Of a stretch of 60,959 nucleotides of DNA, positions 35,996 through 50,800 are shown piece by piece. Positions within the stretch are counted from its first letter, which is position 1, and each line of letters starts with the position of its first letter. The position numbers and the translations under genes are program-made. The notes below the pieces were generated by a model. That model made no database searches. It was not told where the DNA came from and worked only from the letters and a program-made list of their open reading frames with translations. Origin of the DNA: Stylophora pistillata (taxonomy: Eukaryota); NCBI RefSeq assembly GCF_002571385.2, contig NW_019217869.1, positions 581,661 through 642,619 on the forward strand, written 5' to 3'.

Positions 35996-38900
35996 AGAGC
36001 GCTCGCTTACTTTCTTTGCAAAAGGGTGCTTTGCTATTTGAAATAACCAATACACAAGGGAAACCGATTGGATTTTATATGCGTCGTATACGTGATAAAT
36101 GCAATCTTCGTACGTGTCATCCTAAGTACTTAACTGTCAACAAAATCAGGATACATCAGTGTTAGAAGTGTTTGGAAACAATGGAGTAAAATATCAAAAA
36201 AGTAATTATCTCAGCCGGATTGTATTGGTTATTACTGCCAACAATGGATTAAATTTTACGCCCTTAATTAAATTTTATTCAAACTGAAATGGTGAGTATG
36301 TCTCTTGAAAAATAAAGGATACTGATTCAAATGCTTTAACAATCTCTGTCGTCCCCCTCTGACTTGAAACAGATTGTGAATTACAAATATTATCTACGTA
36401 ATGTTGAAATGTCTTCCAGTTAAAAGTAGGTAATTTTTGAAAACGTAATTCATTAGATTAAATAAATGCAAGTAAACTGTGGCCAAATTCAAAGGGCGGG
36501 AGTGTTGCCCCCAAGGCAAAATTTTATATAAAAACCGTGATAACAAATATTGTATTTTAAAGAGGTTTTAAGGCGGGACTTATTTCACAACTACTTAGGC
36601 TGGTTTCTTTTTAAGTGCAAATCTATTTATTAGGCAGCACTTCGGATGCAAAAGGGAAATTTTAGTAAAAGTCAAAGCTGGGTTTCTCTAAAAAGATCCC
36701 GTAAAATTAGTTTCTCTTGATTTTATTTAGAAAGCAAATCTATGCATCAGACTAAGAATAATAGATAAAGACAATAGCCAAAAATTTAAGGGTGTAATTT
36801 AATTCGTATTTTCGGTAGATCATTCCAAATTTTCGACAATTTCTGAACGCAGAAAACCATTGAAAGTTCATCGAAGAACGCCATGATAAATGCAAAGGAT
36901 GAAAAGAGACCCAATTAGATTTTAAAAAAATGTTAAAATAAAGTGTCTTTCTTTCGGAAATCTTGAACGATTTGCATTAATTTGTTCGACTTGTGTATCA
37001 CTTTAAAACATTGATAGTGCGGATGTGGTATAATTATTTATTTTCAATATCTACTTTTCGATTAAGGACCCCATTGACTTAACCCTTCATTAAACTGATC
37101 TCAAACTGGAAACCTCAAGTTTACTGACGACTTGCTCAGTTGAACGGTCAAAACTTCATATGTAAACGAAAATCATCGAAAGTAATTTCATTATAGAGCT
37201 AAGATAATCACAGTGGTTTCTACAGGTATTGAACTTCATTTCATTATTCTCGATATGCGGAAATATTTATATCTGTATAGATAATAGTTCTTTACATACA
37301 AAATAAGACTATTGCATACATTGGAAGCAACGATAAAGTCAATGTTTTTCATTTCAAATTGGTCTTAAATGCCTTCATTTAAAACATATTCACGATGAAA
37401 AACGAAAACAGGTTCAGTACAAGAAAGATCTCAAATATTAACCATGCTATGCAAGTAGAGCTTCTTAACAAAGACACAAATGCCTCTTATGAAGATTGAA
37501 GGAGATTTTCTTCTTTTTTGACTTCGCTTTGAAGTGCAGCGCACAAAATGGAAAATTTGAGGTAAACTGGGACAGGATATTTTTTGAGTCAGGAAGCAAA
37601 CGTTTTGATAAATATCCTCGAAAGCTTTCGGAAATATTGCAGACCGCACTTATGTAAATTTCTTGTTTAGGAAAAGCATGACCTCGTGGTTAAAAGGGGA
37701 ACCAAATTAAAGTTTCTCGTTATCAAATCGCAATTCAATAACCTCGGCTTTATATAACATTATAACCTTGCCATAAACATGGTTTACTCTTTTAAATCTT
37801 TTTTAGGACCCATTTCGTTTCTTGTAATTTTTAATTAAAGTAAATGTATAAATTTCCTTATTCATAATCCACTTAGAGTATGAAATCTTAAATACCAGAT
37901 CTCTTTCTTTCTCCATTTCTTTTTCTTTTGTTTGTTTGTTAGTTTTTTTTTTTTTTTTGGTTAAACAGTTTCTGGTGTTTGGTCAAATCAACCTGGCGGC
38001 CATGAGTTTCCCGCAAAACTTTGTCAGGTTCATCATCATTATTTGTCTATCACCTTAGAGGGCTTTAAAAAGGAGGAGGGGAAGGGGTAAAACACGATAG
38101 TGTGAGGATTTTCATTCGAATGGTTATTACCTGTATGTGCCTGTATCTCCCTCGGGTCAAAGCTAGGTAGACAATCTTTCCTTCAGAAAATTTCTCTTGG
38201 TTTCCTTCCTTCTTTTCTGTTCAGTTATACTATGATGAAAGATCTCTGGAAATTGAACCTTTCTTCGTTGAATGTGCGATGGGCATTTTAAGGGGCCATA
38301 ATCGAGCCATATTATCCTATTTTTCTGCAAAACTCATGAAGGATATATCAAAGCTCTCTCCCTAAAAAGTGTCACTTGTGAAAAGGCAGTGCTAATATTT
38401 AAAGCAGTACTAAATTGTCGAATATTCGTCTGCAGTTGTACAGGATGATGTGGAAAAGCCAGAATACTGATAATTTTAAAACAAATGGCTTAAAAAACTG
38501 GTCTCATCCATGGTAAGCCACAAAAATTACAGATTACAGTAAGAATACAATCATACAGCAAAGTCGGAAACGTAGCCGTCTCGTAATCAGTCAATCAACC
38601 AATCATCCTCGGACATCTATGAAGGAACAAGGTTGCTGAAGCCACTTTGAACTTCGCAAATGCCACAGTTTCCTCTTAGTATCCTTACAAAGTGGATACT
38701 GTCAATTTGGGCTAAAATCAATTCGAAAAAATAATGTACGTTGGTGTATGTAGTACCTGAATGTTTGGATTGAACACCAGAGTGGCCGCTTAGATGATTG
38801 ACCCGCGAGTTAAACTGCAATACTATGTTGCCTACACAAAACTCATTCGGCTATTTTGATGTTGTATATGGGGTATTAATTAGCGCAGTCCATTCGAAGG

Positions 38901-41387
38901 GCCTCGATGAATTTAAAACATGCGTGAGCGATTTCTGAGCGCAAGTAAGAACTAACTGTGAGCAATGGCTATTCCAACTTACACGCACGTCGCAAGGGCG
39001 TTCTCGGCCATAGCTTGCTGGTACGCATGCTCGCTGGCCCGACTGGACGTAGGCCGTTGATGCTTCTTGGTTTAAGGCGTTTGTCCAAAGGGACTTAACA
39101 TCAGGAAAAACTGAAAGGAAAACACGAAGGCAAATATAAAGCTTTTAAAATAAAGTAAACAATTACCCTCCTGCTTCGCTTAATCGTCTTTCAAACAATC
39201 TAGCACGGAGAAAAGCAAACATCGTCATAAATCAAACGAGAAAAGAATTTTACATCGCGGAAAAAATTGAAATGATACTCCAGCATATCAAGAGTACATA
39301 GATACAACGACACTTCAGCTCTCAAATATTGATAACCTTCCTTTGCTAACCATTGGAAAAAACGTGTTTTCAGCATCATATCGATTGCTCTATTGAGCCC
39401 TTTGACTCGCTGAAATTTCTTGTTAGTCAAAGGCGCTAATCTGATGTCTCTCGAGCCAGGGGTCGCCACGAACAAGCAGCTGTCTATAATGGGATCATCA
39501 TAACTATAACAGAGCAGACTAAAAGTCGCCCGAGGTGAATGCCTTCATTGGGCTTGTCCGAGAGACACAACATGCCATCAAAGAATACTTTTTAATCGGA
39601 CAGAATCGCAGGCAAACTTAGTTTTTCTATAGATGAAAGACGAAAAGAAAAAGGCAATGATTACTGCATTATGTCGTAATGATAAGAATCATTTAATCCT
39701 TTGTATACATAATTTTCATCTTATTAAAATAGCCAGAAAGGGGGTTATCATTAAAGGCGGCTTAGGCTCATTAAAGATAAAACTCGTCTGGCCTCAGCTC
39801 CACTTACTTTTACAGTTAACAATACCTTAACCACGCTCTGCCGCTTCGAAATTGTATCTCATCGAAAATAACAGGTTAGTTTTGAAAAATCTGAACCTTT
39901 TTGTATCTGTGTTTGTTTCCACGTTGCCTTATTTCTTTGCTTTTGTTTGCTGTTTCATTTCTTTGCTCTTCCTTCACAAGAAATTGACCATGTTCGCTTT
40001 AAAAATAGTAACATTGCAATCATCATCAGCTGTAGTCGTAATATGTATCTCATGACCAAAAGTGTGCTCTGAATCAAAGATCGATCTGTTCCGCTTTTGC
40101 TGAATAATGTAATGTAGCGAAATATATTCACAGCCCGGCTGTCGACGATATTTCTCTATTTGGTTCGATTAAGCTGGTTGTAAAGAAGCTTAACCGCAAA
40201 AGTGCCGCGTACATCGCGCTCTTCAGTGACGTGTTTTTAGATTCTGCTCGAACTTTGAATCCAAACAAATTTGACCCGGCCTGTGTCGGTCTCCTCAACT
40301 ATTCGAGCTTGTTTTCGATCGAGTGAGTAACGTTTTTATTTTCTTTGAATTTCACTGATTTGGTTCTAGGGGGAGAATTTGTCTTCACCTCACTGTTTAC
40401 AAAATATTTCAGTTTAATTAGTGCAAAACTGTGCATTATTTGAAGCCGAATCGTGCTCATGGCATGGAATATCTACCGCTCAAACCCCGAGGGATAGATA
40501 TTCTGTTCAACTGACCACAGAAATTGAAAATGACCATTTAAAAGTGTCTGGCTACGACATAAATATGGAATTTGCACCTTGAAAAGAAACAAAATAAATG
40601 TGTGCAGTAAGTAAGCATCGATGACCTATAGAGTCTGGTACCGTTCATCCTTCCCTCTGTAAAATCTACTGTACAAAAAAGATCACATTAAAACCTATTT
40701 ACAGGTGCACATCCGCTCCATTTATCAAGATTCTTTTGAAACTAATTATAAGTGATTTAGCTGTAGATAAATAAGGCTGGCGTATGGACTCTGAGGTTTA
40801 TACGGCCGGGTGTCCGAAAGCAAGATGTAATACTGTAAAAACAGCAACTTACAACACTGCTCTAAGTATCTTGTCTATAATTAAGATATATTCATTATTC
40901 ATGCATTAATAAGCAAGCAAATGGCTCCCCTTTGCGAACATTACAGGTTACTTTCTCAAGTATTAGATGTAAAAAAAAAAAAAAAAAGAAAGAATAAAGA
41001 AAAGAAACACGAAGACAAAAATTTAAATCAAAGGCCCTTATGTATTAAAGGCATGATGAGAGATTTTTATAAAGGTACTGGAATTCTTTTCAGTAACCCT
41101 CGGTAACTAAGAAAGATATGTAAGCGATACTGTAAGATTAGCTTCCAGTTTTTTCTACTTCCCTTTTGAATTGGCATGCATGATAGCGAAGTTTACCGCT
41201 GCCAAATTAAAGATACATCGTAGAACTTTTTGTTTATGTAGCCTTGCTTGAGGTACACTGTAAGCAGATCGGATCTATAAATCTAATTATTGTGATCAGT
41301 TTTTATTTCCTCACAGTGTTTATGGTGATTGGATTTAAAACGCCTGAGTCATCGTGAATCTTGGAAAACTCAGCCTGAATTGTTCCG

Positions 41388-41487
41388 GAAATAATTTGAA
41401 TATATCAACAAAGTTGAAATGGTAAATTGGCCACCGTTACGGTTATAAAAGCTGACGTTTCGAGCGTTAGCCCTTCGTCGGAGCGAA
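41388..41487 (-). mobile_element. Copy of the Penelope-type repeat with a complete minimal hammerhead motif (41451-41487)
   Basis: The minus strand reads ttc-gct-CCGACGA-a-gggc-taac-gctc-GAAA-cGTC-agc. Confidence 0.78.
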
Positions 41488-42866
41488 TCAATTGTTCGAG
41501 TTCGCTATTTTCTTTCTTCCCAACTTTGATTGGCTAGAATCATCTGAGCTCCTTTTCGGTTTATTCATACCTAATTGACGTTTGACAACCAAATCGAAAG
41601 TTTTTACCTGAAGATTTCAACAAACACTGAAAAAAAAAAATCTTGAACCGTGAGCGCAAAGAGTCCGAAGGACTTTACAATTGAAGAACTCTCCCGAATC
41701 AAACGGAGTGAGATAGGGAAGCACTCCCACCACTCCAGACTAAGAGAACTGCTTCCACCACGTGGCATTTTGCCAGTGTCCACGATGATATCAAGAACAG
41801 CTTTAAACCGTCAGACCACGGCATTACCCAGAACTCAAGGTTGAACTAGAATTGAAGCTTTTGTTTCATTTCTACGATTCAAGTGTGCCTTCTTCCTTAA
41901 CTTGAATTTATTTTTGGACGTTTATTGTTATTTTTGGTGATGTATCAAGTGGTTAGCGTTCAGAAATAGCAGGATCACTGTTTTTCTTAACATGCTAGCG
42001 TCCCTCATACTCTTAATCTAATCTCAATATGAAGGAAATCCTGTTTTAGACGTCTTTTATAGTCCGGGACAACTGAGTAAGCTCAGCGTAGTTGTCATTA
42101 TTAGAATTTTGCCTCGAGAGCATTATAAAAAAAAATCATAGATAACCAGGCGTAGTGGTTAAGGTAAGAATCTTCTTTACTCATGTTTGCTACTGTCTAA
42201 CTTTATAAGTGCGACAATTTTCGCATAAAATACAAACGAGGACGGACATATCACTAATGAGGCACCAAATCGGATAGGAGTTACGAAGAACGGAAGTTTC
42301 CGTGTGTGATAAGCCTTTAGCCATCAACATAGGGTATGGGCTCCATCTGTTTTTGTCACGTATGACCTTAGAAGCCGAGATACTCTCAGTTATGGGTAAC
42401 AATACTCTGTGGCATTTAAAATTTTCACCCCCAAGAGAGTCAAGTCCCTCTCCTGCCTACTTCCGATAACCTCTTTCCAGATGCAAAAAAATGCAATTGT
42501 TTTTGCAAAACTTCACCGAGCTCGTCAAAGAACTTAGCAAAAGTTTTAATGAAGAATCATTTCGGAACCAGAAAAGAAAATTAAATGATGATGATGAATT
42601 TTACTTTTAAAAGTGTGAGTGGTGGAAAAGCCTCTGAGCACTTCATTTACATAAATTAATGATATCTGTTGTCATCCATGGTTTAAGATGCTATACATAT
42701 ATCGTGTAGCTCGGCGTTGTAGTTTAGATAGAACGGAAGAAGTGTGAGAAACACAAGGCATCGGAAGTACAGCTTTAAACAAAAATTACATTAGCATCTA
42801 TGATACATAGACAGTTGAAATCTTTTCCTTGACGTGATTAGAGTCAACTAAACAAATTTGAATTCC

Positions 42867-43156
42867 GATATAATGAATATATGAAGTTCATATATTTTGA
42901 ACTGCGGTATTAAATACGTATGATGCACGATCCTTCGCAAATCTGGNNNNNNNNNNNNNTCACGGGTTTATTACGAATCAACTTAACGGCCTGCTCCCAG
43001 TTGGCTTGTTAGCTCAATTGGTAGAGCGCTGCACTAGTATCGCAGAGGTCAGTGGTTCGAATCCCGTACAGGCCTGATTTTTTTCAGGTCTAATTTTCGC
43101 TATTGCATAAATAGCGCTATCAACTGCGAAGGATCGTGCATCATACATAAATTTAT
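42867..43156. mobile_element. tRNA-containing repeat insertion made of two oppositely oriented pieces around a 13-N gap
   Basis: 13-bp TSD aaatttgaattcc (42854-42866/43157-43169). Both pieces match the unit at 47524-47769. Confidence 0.75.
43003..43075 (+). pseudogene. tRNA-Thr(AGT)-like module inside a repeat, probably not a functional tRNA
   Basis: Cloverleaf GGCTTGT/ACAGGCC, D arm GCTC/GAGC, loop CT-AGT-AT, GGTTCGAAT B box and a T7 run just downstream. The T stem and anticodon stem are mispaired. Confidence 0.7.
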
Positions 43157-46100
43157 AAATTTGAATTCCATTGTCATGACATCCGGTGAAGGACCCAAAT
43201 GAATGTATCACAGCATGTTATCAAATTGAAGAGAAAAGTCCACTGTACAGGCCCCTGCAAAGATGCATATAGGTAACTGGGACCGAATAATTTGGCCAGA
43301 ACCGATTTTTCGAAGGTTTTTTTCCAAGTGGAAAAATATCTTTATTTCAGTTCAGTTAGGAAGAACATGAAGTTCTCGACTTTTGCCGATATAACGTGGC
43401 CATCGCGAATTGCCCCAAGGTTTAAGGTAATTACGTGTCCTGGATGTGCCTACACATTCTGGGTGATGTGAGGTCAAACAATTGATATCAGTCAGATTGT
43501 GGTAAAGGTTCTAAAAATTTACGCGAACTTTAATGAAGTACGTACGTCAAGGCTCCTTTTCGTAAAGAGCGCCCTCGGTTTTTATGCATATATTTTTTCA
43601 TTAACGTTGCTTCAAACATGTCTGTACTTAATAGGTGTCGATTACTTCTCATCGTCGGAAATTTCTTGATAAGCTATTAAAAGATCCTAATCAAAAAATA
43701 TATCCGCCACTCGTACCGGGTCACGCTATTTGTTTGAACCAGCTCACTTTTTCACGCAGACATCAATATTTACTGCAAAGATAAGTCGGGTTCATTTATA
43801 GGAACAAATACATACGAAACCCTAATATGTATCTGATAGGTCAGATAACTAACCAAAGCCAATTTGTATAGCAGCCAGGCTCAACACGGAAAAGATGTAG
43901 TGTAACAAGTTGCACTAAAGTTATCTGGAGTAAATTATTTGTATTTAATTTTTCTTTGCGTACGAAATATGTCGGAATTATTCATGATCAGGTGTAAGAG
44001 CTTATTCTTCAGCGTTACCCTTGTAGAGTTTCCTATACATAAGCGAGAAATGAAAACTGGAGCTAGAACACCACACAGTCACCTTTAGGTTGTCAATTTC
44101 GATTTGCATTTTGTCTTTTGCCTTCGCCTAGGATGAAAGTGTAGGAGTTTTGAAGACAAATGCAAATGAGAATTTGATGTGTTCAAGACAATCTCGAGAT
44201 GCTGAACGTCCAGAAGAGTGAGAAAAGGCCGAATTGGCGCCCAAATTTAACAGGAAATACCACTTTTATCGATTAAGAGCCTCATCAATTACTAATATAA
44301 CTTCCTTATTACAGCTGCATCTCCAGTCTAATTTTGCATGGCGGTTTCATCCTAATACATAAAAATTTGCATCACTAAGACAATTTCATTACTCTGATAT
44401 GATGAGGAAGTATCGCCCTTCATAAAAATCTTGTTTTCATAGCCCAGAATCCATTCGACTTTGGACGTCCAACCCACATCGCTGAGTTGTTTATTCAGGC
44501 TCGCTGGAGACTGGAATTTCCATTTCGTGATGTTCAAAATGAAAAAAAAGCTTGATATGTTCTAAAGGCTATGACATGAACGCTTGGAATTCACACTGGA
44601 GACGCAAAACGATATCCTGGAGTAATAAGTTCATGACAGAGGGCTGTTACGTTCACGCATTCGGGTGTTATTGTTTAATATGATTATCACGTTCATTGTA
44701 CAAGATTATGGTTAGGGGTCGACCATTTAACTTTTGAGGGGGGAGGGGTTTTGGGTAAAAAACTGAAGCAGCTCACCATGAGGTGTTTGAGTCTTCTGTC
44801 GGTTGGCACCATGACGTCGCATTGATATAACTAGTGCCCACAGTCGCCGAGGGCCGGGCTTTTTTAAAGAAAATGTCGATAAAGCAAACGAAATGGGTCT
44901 CGCTATAATCATTTGTAGCCCCTGCTAAGAACAGCCAATTTTTTAATAAATGAATAAATTTTGTCTTAGAATTGAAAGTGTTCCCATACCATTTCTTAAA
45001 GTAGCTTCCTAGTTTCCTCGTTAACTCCAATGGGAGCCTCCCCGCCTTCCCTTGAAAAGCAGTGCCAAACCTTAAGCCACCTGATGATACTTTCTGTTTT
45101 AGATAATCGTGATTTATTTCCATGAACGCGGAATTTTTTACGGAACCTGTTCTTATTATGTGTGATTTAAATTTATCTGAGTGCCATTTTTTCAAGACGT
45201 AAACTGGATTGCAGGTGATTCTTCTGCACCATTTAACATCACAGCATGTGCGCTCGGTTGTTACCAATTTGGCATCCTGAACTTCTCTCTGTTCCATAGA
45301 CCACTGAACAAAAACGTGCGCCATTTTTTCGCCGTGTCTTTGTGTGTTTCTCTTTCTGAGATAGACGACCTTCTTATTCACTTGATAAATATGTAATTCT
45401 TGTCGGAAAGATTACGAATTTAATGTGTTACGATGTCCGATGATGTCGTCATGTAACCACTCAATGTCTGTGCGAGTGATCATATTCAACTTACGATAAG
45501 CTATCTGTAGATAAATCCTTAGAGTGTCCATTGGTTATTGTATATAAATTGTATTGTTCACCAAGGGTATTTTTCCTCGACAAATGACTATCACAAGAAA
45601 GCGGTAAACTGGAGGATACGACAGATTAAAACGTTTCCCACCCTTGCGGCCGAGAACCAAAGGAACTTTTCAGGTATTTATTTATTCATTGGAATTTTTG
45701 ATTTCGAAGCATATTCCGTCGACAAAGATCTCACGCAGGAGTCCTAAACTTCTAAGTTTCTTAGTCCATATTGTTTGCTTAGTTACGATGTTCTGATGGA
45801 TACAAAATCATTAAAACAAACATCAAATAAACTCGTTCTCCTGGAAAACCCTACTCCTAAGGCTATAAATCATACCCACGGATCAGAATTGACGCTGCAG
45901 GCCACATGGGGTGACCCGTTCTTATTTACTGAAGAGCTACGTGCTTATGGTGTTTCCGGACAAATACGTACATTTTGCCTGAAATCCGAAATTGCTAACC
46001 TGTTTTAGCTGACTGATTGAAACGATATGCCTCTTAAAAAAGGCACGCAACAGAATGCATTTGACGTATGGTCACCTTTAGAGTATATGTAACTTTATCC

Positions 46101-47523
46101 GCTCATCCGAGCACGATTCAGTACTGCGGTGAAATCAAGCAAGCCGAGTCAGCCTGTTATGTTATGAATTGAGCACAGTCCTCGCGGGACATGATTTAAT
46201 CCCTATCAGAGACAACGCATTTTAACTGGTTGATAACTGAGTGCCGTGTGAATACAAGACAGCTCGTGGAGCCAATCCACTTTTTTTTTTAGAGGTTTTG
46301 CCCTTTGGCTTTCGGTAATCCTCTACCCAGGGAATTGTCTAACTGACGCCACGAGGCGACAACTGTGAGTATTCTTGCAATTGTACTCGGTTGTAAGTCG
46401 CAAGGGCACAAACGGAAGGTTAGATGTTTTTTGGTCACCATGTCGTGCGTATCGTTTAGTACATTAAGGGTGAAGAAAATTGTTTTCTGGCACTGATTTT
46501 ATGGAATATCATGGCTCTGAATTAGCAGTGATCATACAATTGGTACTGACAAGTGGCTCCTTTATCGAGAGATCAAACAGCAGGGATAGTCATAAGGCGT
46601 ATCACACTTAAAAGACGAAAGTTATTGAGCTGTTTAGCAATCTTATCAATCTTCCGTATTGAGCAAAAGTAAGTGATAAATTGATAATTGTTGTTCTGGA
46701 AATTTACATCGCTGAAGGTTACTGCGTGCCAGACGTTTTTCTTGTATTTAGACCCTGCCACGATCAAATTTGCCAGAGATTCGACCGTTTGGATAAGAGT
46801 CATATTTGGTGGTGATCCGATTTTGTTCTTAATTTTTGATTGCTTAGAAAGCGGATGTGGCGGACTTGTGAGAGATATAAACCACGCCGTTTCATTCTTC
46901 ATACTTTACTTGTCAATCGGAACCGCTTGTAGGCCAAAATACCGATGTAATTGCCATACCCGCATGATTAGCTAAATGGTTAGCAAATGAAAAAACAAAG
47001 TAATGCCCTCCATGTGGATATTATCTGACCTCAGCTTAATGGTATTTACTTGAACATTGGAGGGCTCAAGTTTCAAGTTATATTATTGAATTAATGGTCG
47101 GCGAATATAGGAACAACTGTTGAAAAAAATGGAACACGAGTGTTGTTTATATCGTGTTGCTGTGCCGCTTACTGGGACTTCTTTCTTTTCCTGAAATCAA
47201 ACATACATTATACAAATCATTTAAACATTTGGTTTGATTGTATATCAGTTCACTTTGGGATTCTTGAGACAACAACTTTTAAGGAGCCCCATTCATAACC
47301 GAATGGACATTCATAGAGTTTCTGAATGGTTAATAGCGTAACACTGATCAAGACTTCTATGTTTATTATACTGAATGCTTTTCATTTTTTTTGGACCGTT
47401 GGGAAACGGTGGTTAAGTCTTTCATGAATCGTTTGATATAGAAAACTGCATGCGAGGATATATGGATAAGAGGGCTATTAGTCGAATGGGTACAGCGTAA
47501 ATCGTCCTAACTAATGATACACA

Positions 47524-47853
47524 CGTATGATGCACGATTCTTCGCAGTAGATAGCGCTATTTATGCAATAGCGAAAATCAGACCTGAAAAAATCAGGCCT
47601 GTGCGGGATTCGAACCACTGACCTCTGCGATACTAATGCAGCGATCTACCAATAAGCTAACAAGCCAACTGGGAGCAGGCCGTTAAGTTGATCCGTAATA
47701 AACCCGTGATGATAAATCAGATACAATGAATATATGAAGTTCATATATTTTGAACTGCGGTATTAAATACGTATGATACACGATTCTTCGCAGTAGATAG
47801 CGCTATTTATGCAATAGCGAAAATCAGACCTGAAAAAAATCAGGCTTGTACGG
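47524..47853 (-). mobile_element. 1.3 tandem units of a 246-bp tRNA-containing repeat
   Basis: The unit restarts at 47770. The tRNA-like part is 47595-47666 (-). 8-bp TSD gatacaca (47516-47523/47854-47861). Confidence 0.8.
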
Positions 47854-50800
47854 GATACACAGTTGGGACTAGAAATGTATGCAGCATAGTTTAAAACCCT
47901 TCAATGACAAAGACTGGTAAAATTCCATAACAAGATTAGTTGCAGATATCAATTAAATGGTTATTTAATATATCATTTACTACGGTGAAGAATGGAACTT
48001 TGAAATAGAGCTATGAATCTTTATTATCACTTACTTTAATTATTTACATTTTCAAAGAGAGGTTCGTGATTAAAAGTCAGTGCATTCATTAGTGATATGA
48101 CATTTCCCCTTTTTGATGCTCTTGTTGTTTTCAAGTAATAACACATAAGGTAAGGTGCTATACGAAAAAAGCGGCGTCCTTGGACTATTTAGTAGGATAA
48201 TTATCGACAAATATGCGGCGCAAGTAATACTATGTGGGAACAAACTATATTTGACGTTGATCGATCGATCAATTTTTGACATGCACTTTTTAAGCATTAG
48301 CGCGACTCGTAAAGGAGCTGGCATTATGATCCTTTGATCCCTCTCTTTGTTGAATTTTAACTTTGCTCCATCTGAATGGAGCATAAAGATTTCATCTCTT
48401 CCGAAACGTTTTTAAAATGCGTGTATAAATCGCAAAGAGATCATATACGAAAAGATTGTCGATGAATATTAGTGTAATAAAAGTCTCATGAGGTTATTCT
48501 CTTGAGGTAGTTTTCCTTTGTATTCACTGGTAAACAAGTTTAATTGCTGGCTAAATCTCTTGAAATGTATCGTTACTAGAACAGAGGACTGCTTTTCACT
48601 CCCTGTCAGCTCTTTTGTGGTGGCCGATATCCTAATGGCTTTGGTGGTTTTCGTAAACAAAAAAAGTCTTTTAACTCCAGAGTAATTGAAAGTCAATAAA
48701 CCATGGATATCAGTGCTCGTCCATTCTAACCGTACTGATCGCCTCTAGATCAGATGCTTGGTGCACTATGAGTGTAAAAGGTGTGATAGACAGGAAAATT
48801 ACTCTTTTTTTGCAGAGTTAGGACCTACATACAAAATAAAACATAAAGGAAGGGAGGTTAAAGAAGGGAAGAACCTCGACAGCACCAATATTCCCAGAAA
48901 ATGACAAACTCCTCGTTAGCAAATGAAGGTAAGGAAGTTTTAATCTGGTTAAGAGGTTAGGCTTGTCATTTTTAGTCGTAATCCGATTGCTTTGACTTAT
49001 TCTGATGAAACCTTCCCTAGAATCTTTCACTCTAACCAACTGACATGTACATGCGGGAATTTCTTATATGTCTTTGTTTTTCTATATGTTAGAGTTCACC
49101 CTTTTTGCCACCGACATTAAAACACTTAAGTCGCTGATTTGTAAGTAAACTAAGCTTAGATTTGTTTCAAGCGATGTATGCATGACAAACATGAAAAACG
49201 GATAGAATGATTGCTCGATCTAAGTAATTTATAGTATGTCCAGTGACTGAGGTCTTAAGGCAACGCTATATTTCATCTCATTAAAGGCTTTTATTCTCTG
49301 CCAAAAGACTACGTAAATCTGCAATTTTTTTTTCGTCTTTCTCTATATTTAGTCATAGATGGGAGCCGTAAATTTTTAAAATGTCAAACTCATGAAGATT
49401 TGGTCAGCTGAACTGCATAATTTTAAGCTATTCTCAACAGTAATGTCAAAATATTTTCAGAGTAATGTAGACTGGTACGAATTGGTCATAGTGACCGATT
49501 CAATTCGGCAGAGAGCTGAAGGTTCCGCGTTTGCATTAGTGGCATTTAGCCTCAACTTTATAAAGTAATAAAATCTAACTAGAATCTCTAATTATATCAA
49601 CAAATATGTATGATAAAGCAAGCATAGCTGTTAAAGCTTCAGTCTACAAGTTCGCGTGCATGACGTTTGCAATATTGAAAGACTGACCAAATGGACATCG
49701 CAGAATAGCCCCGGGCTGATAAATGTAATATCATTCACATTTATCCGTTCCGATTACTCAACAGCTACAGAGATAAAATAGTGGCAAATGAGCAAACGCA
49801 ATGGTGTGTTGTGCTCCAGGGTATCGGATTGTCTACAGTTGGCATGCATACGAAATGGATCAGAGGTCGTTTCGGTGGATGAACAACTTCAAAGTGTAAA
49901 GACATTCCGCGTGCCGTGGACCTAAAAAGTCCTTTTGTGTGTTTGTTTTATTTACTAATAACTGCTATGACTGCTACCATAACTGCTATAACTGCAGCAA
50001 TTTATCTTCTCTTGTCTGTTTTCTCTTTTCTTTTCAAGTACATTAAAGTGTAAGGAATTAAAAGGAGACTTGATGAGCGCCGTGGGGTAGCTAGGCTGAG
50101 CCTGATGTGTAGGAACGTCGCTCAGAGAAAATCTGACACTTTCTCACACAAAAGTGCGGCTTTATACCATATAATAGAGGTAGAAATAATGATCATCATG
50201 AACATATCGAAAGCTGTAATCCTTACGGTATTAAATTAAGCGTGTAATTTGTGCATTCTGCGAATGATGAGAAGACAGTTTTATGATTTATCATGCTGAT
50301 AGTCATCTATTGTTGAAACCTTTCTGAGCTTCAGCTGACACCAGCAATCCAATATTAATCATCAATCTTACTCATTCAAAGTGACCGTTGCGTGGATAAA
50401 GAAGATCGTGATTAATGCAAATGATTTGATAGTTCCAAATATCAAACCCTCGGACTAAGATCGCAGAAAGACAAAATATATATTATGCAGTTATAACTTG
50501 TGACGATGGTCCATAAATTCCAAAAAGAAAAATATAAGAGCAAAATATTACTTCCGTAATTATCTTATGCGGTCAATACGAGTATATATTCAGGGATATG
50601 GATAGTACAGCTACAAAATGGAGCCCGAAGATATGGGTTATATTTTGCTTGTTGAAACTTCGGCATATCATTATTTAATCAGCCATTATGCTAATAATAG
50701 GGACAATTCCTCCATGGGTTATATCAAGTAGCCCCAGTAGGTTCGTCTAACACGCATGCTTTTGTCAGTTCACGAATTTACCGTTTGAGGAAGAAAGGAA

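Noticed and set aside
43003-43075. Functional tRNA-Thr gene
   Set aside because: Mispaired T and anticodon stems, and it is embedded in a TSD-flanked repeat.
44773-45381. 202-aa minus-strand ORF
   Set aside because: GTG start, no recognisable motif, and it crosses probable repeat fragments; likely chance.
46573-46975. Overlapping ~100-aa ORFs on both strands
   Set aside because: No domain, transmembrane pattern or splice support.
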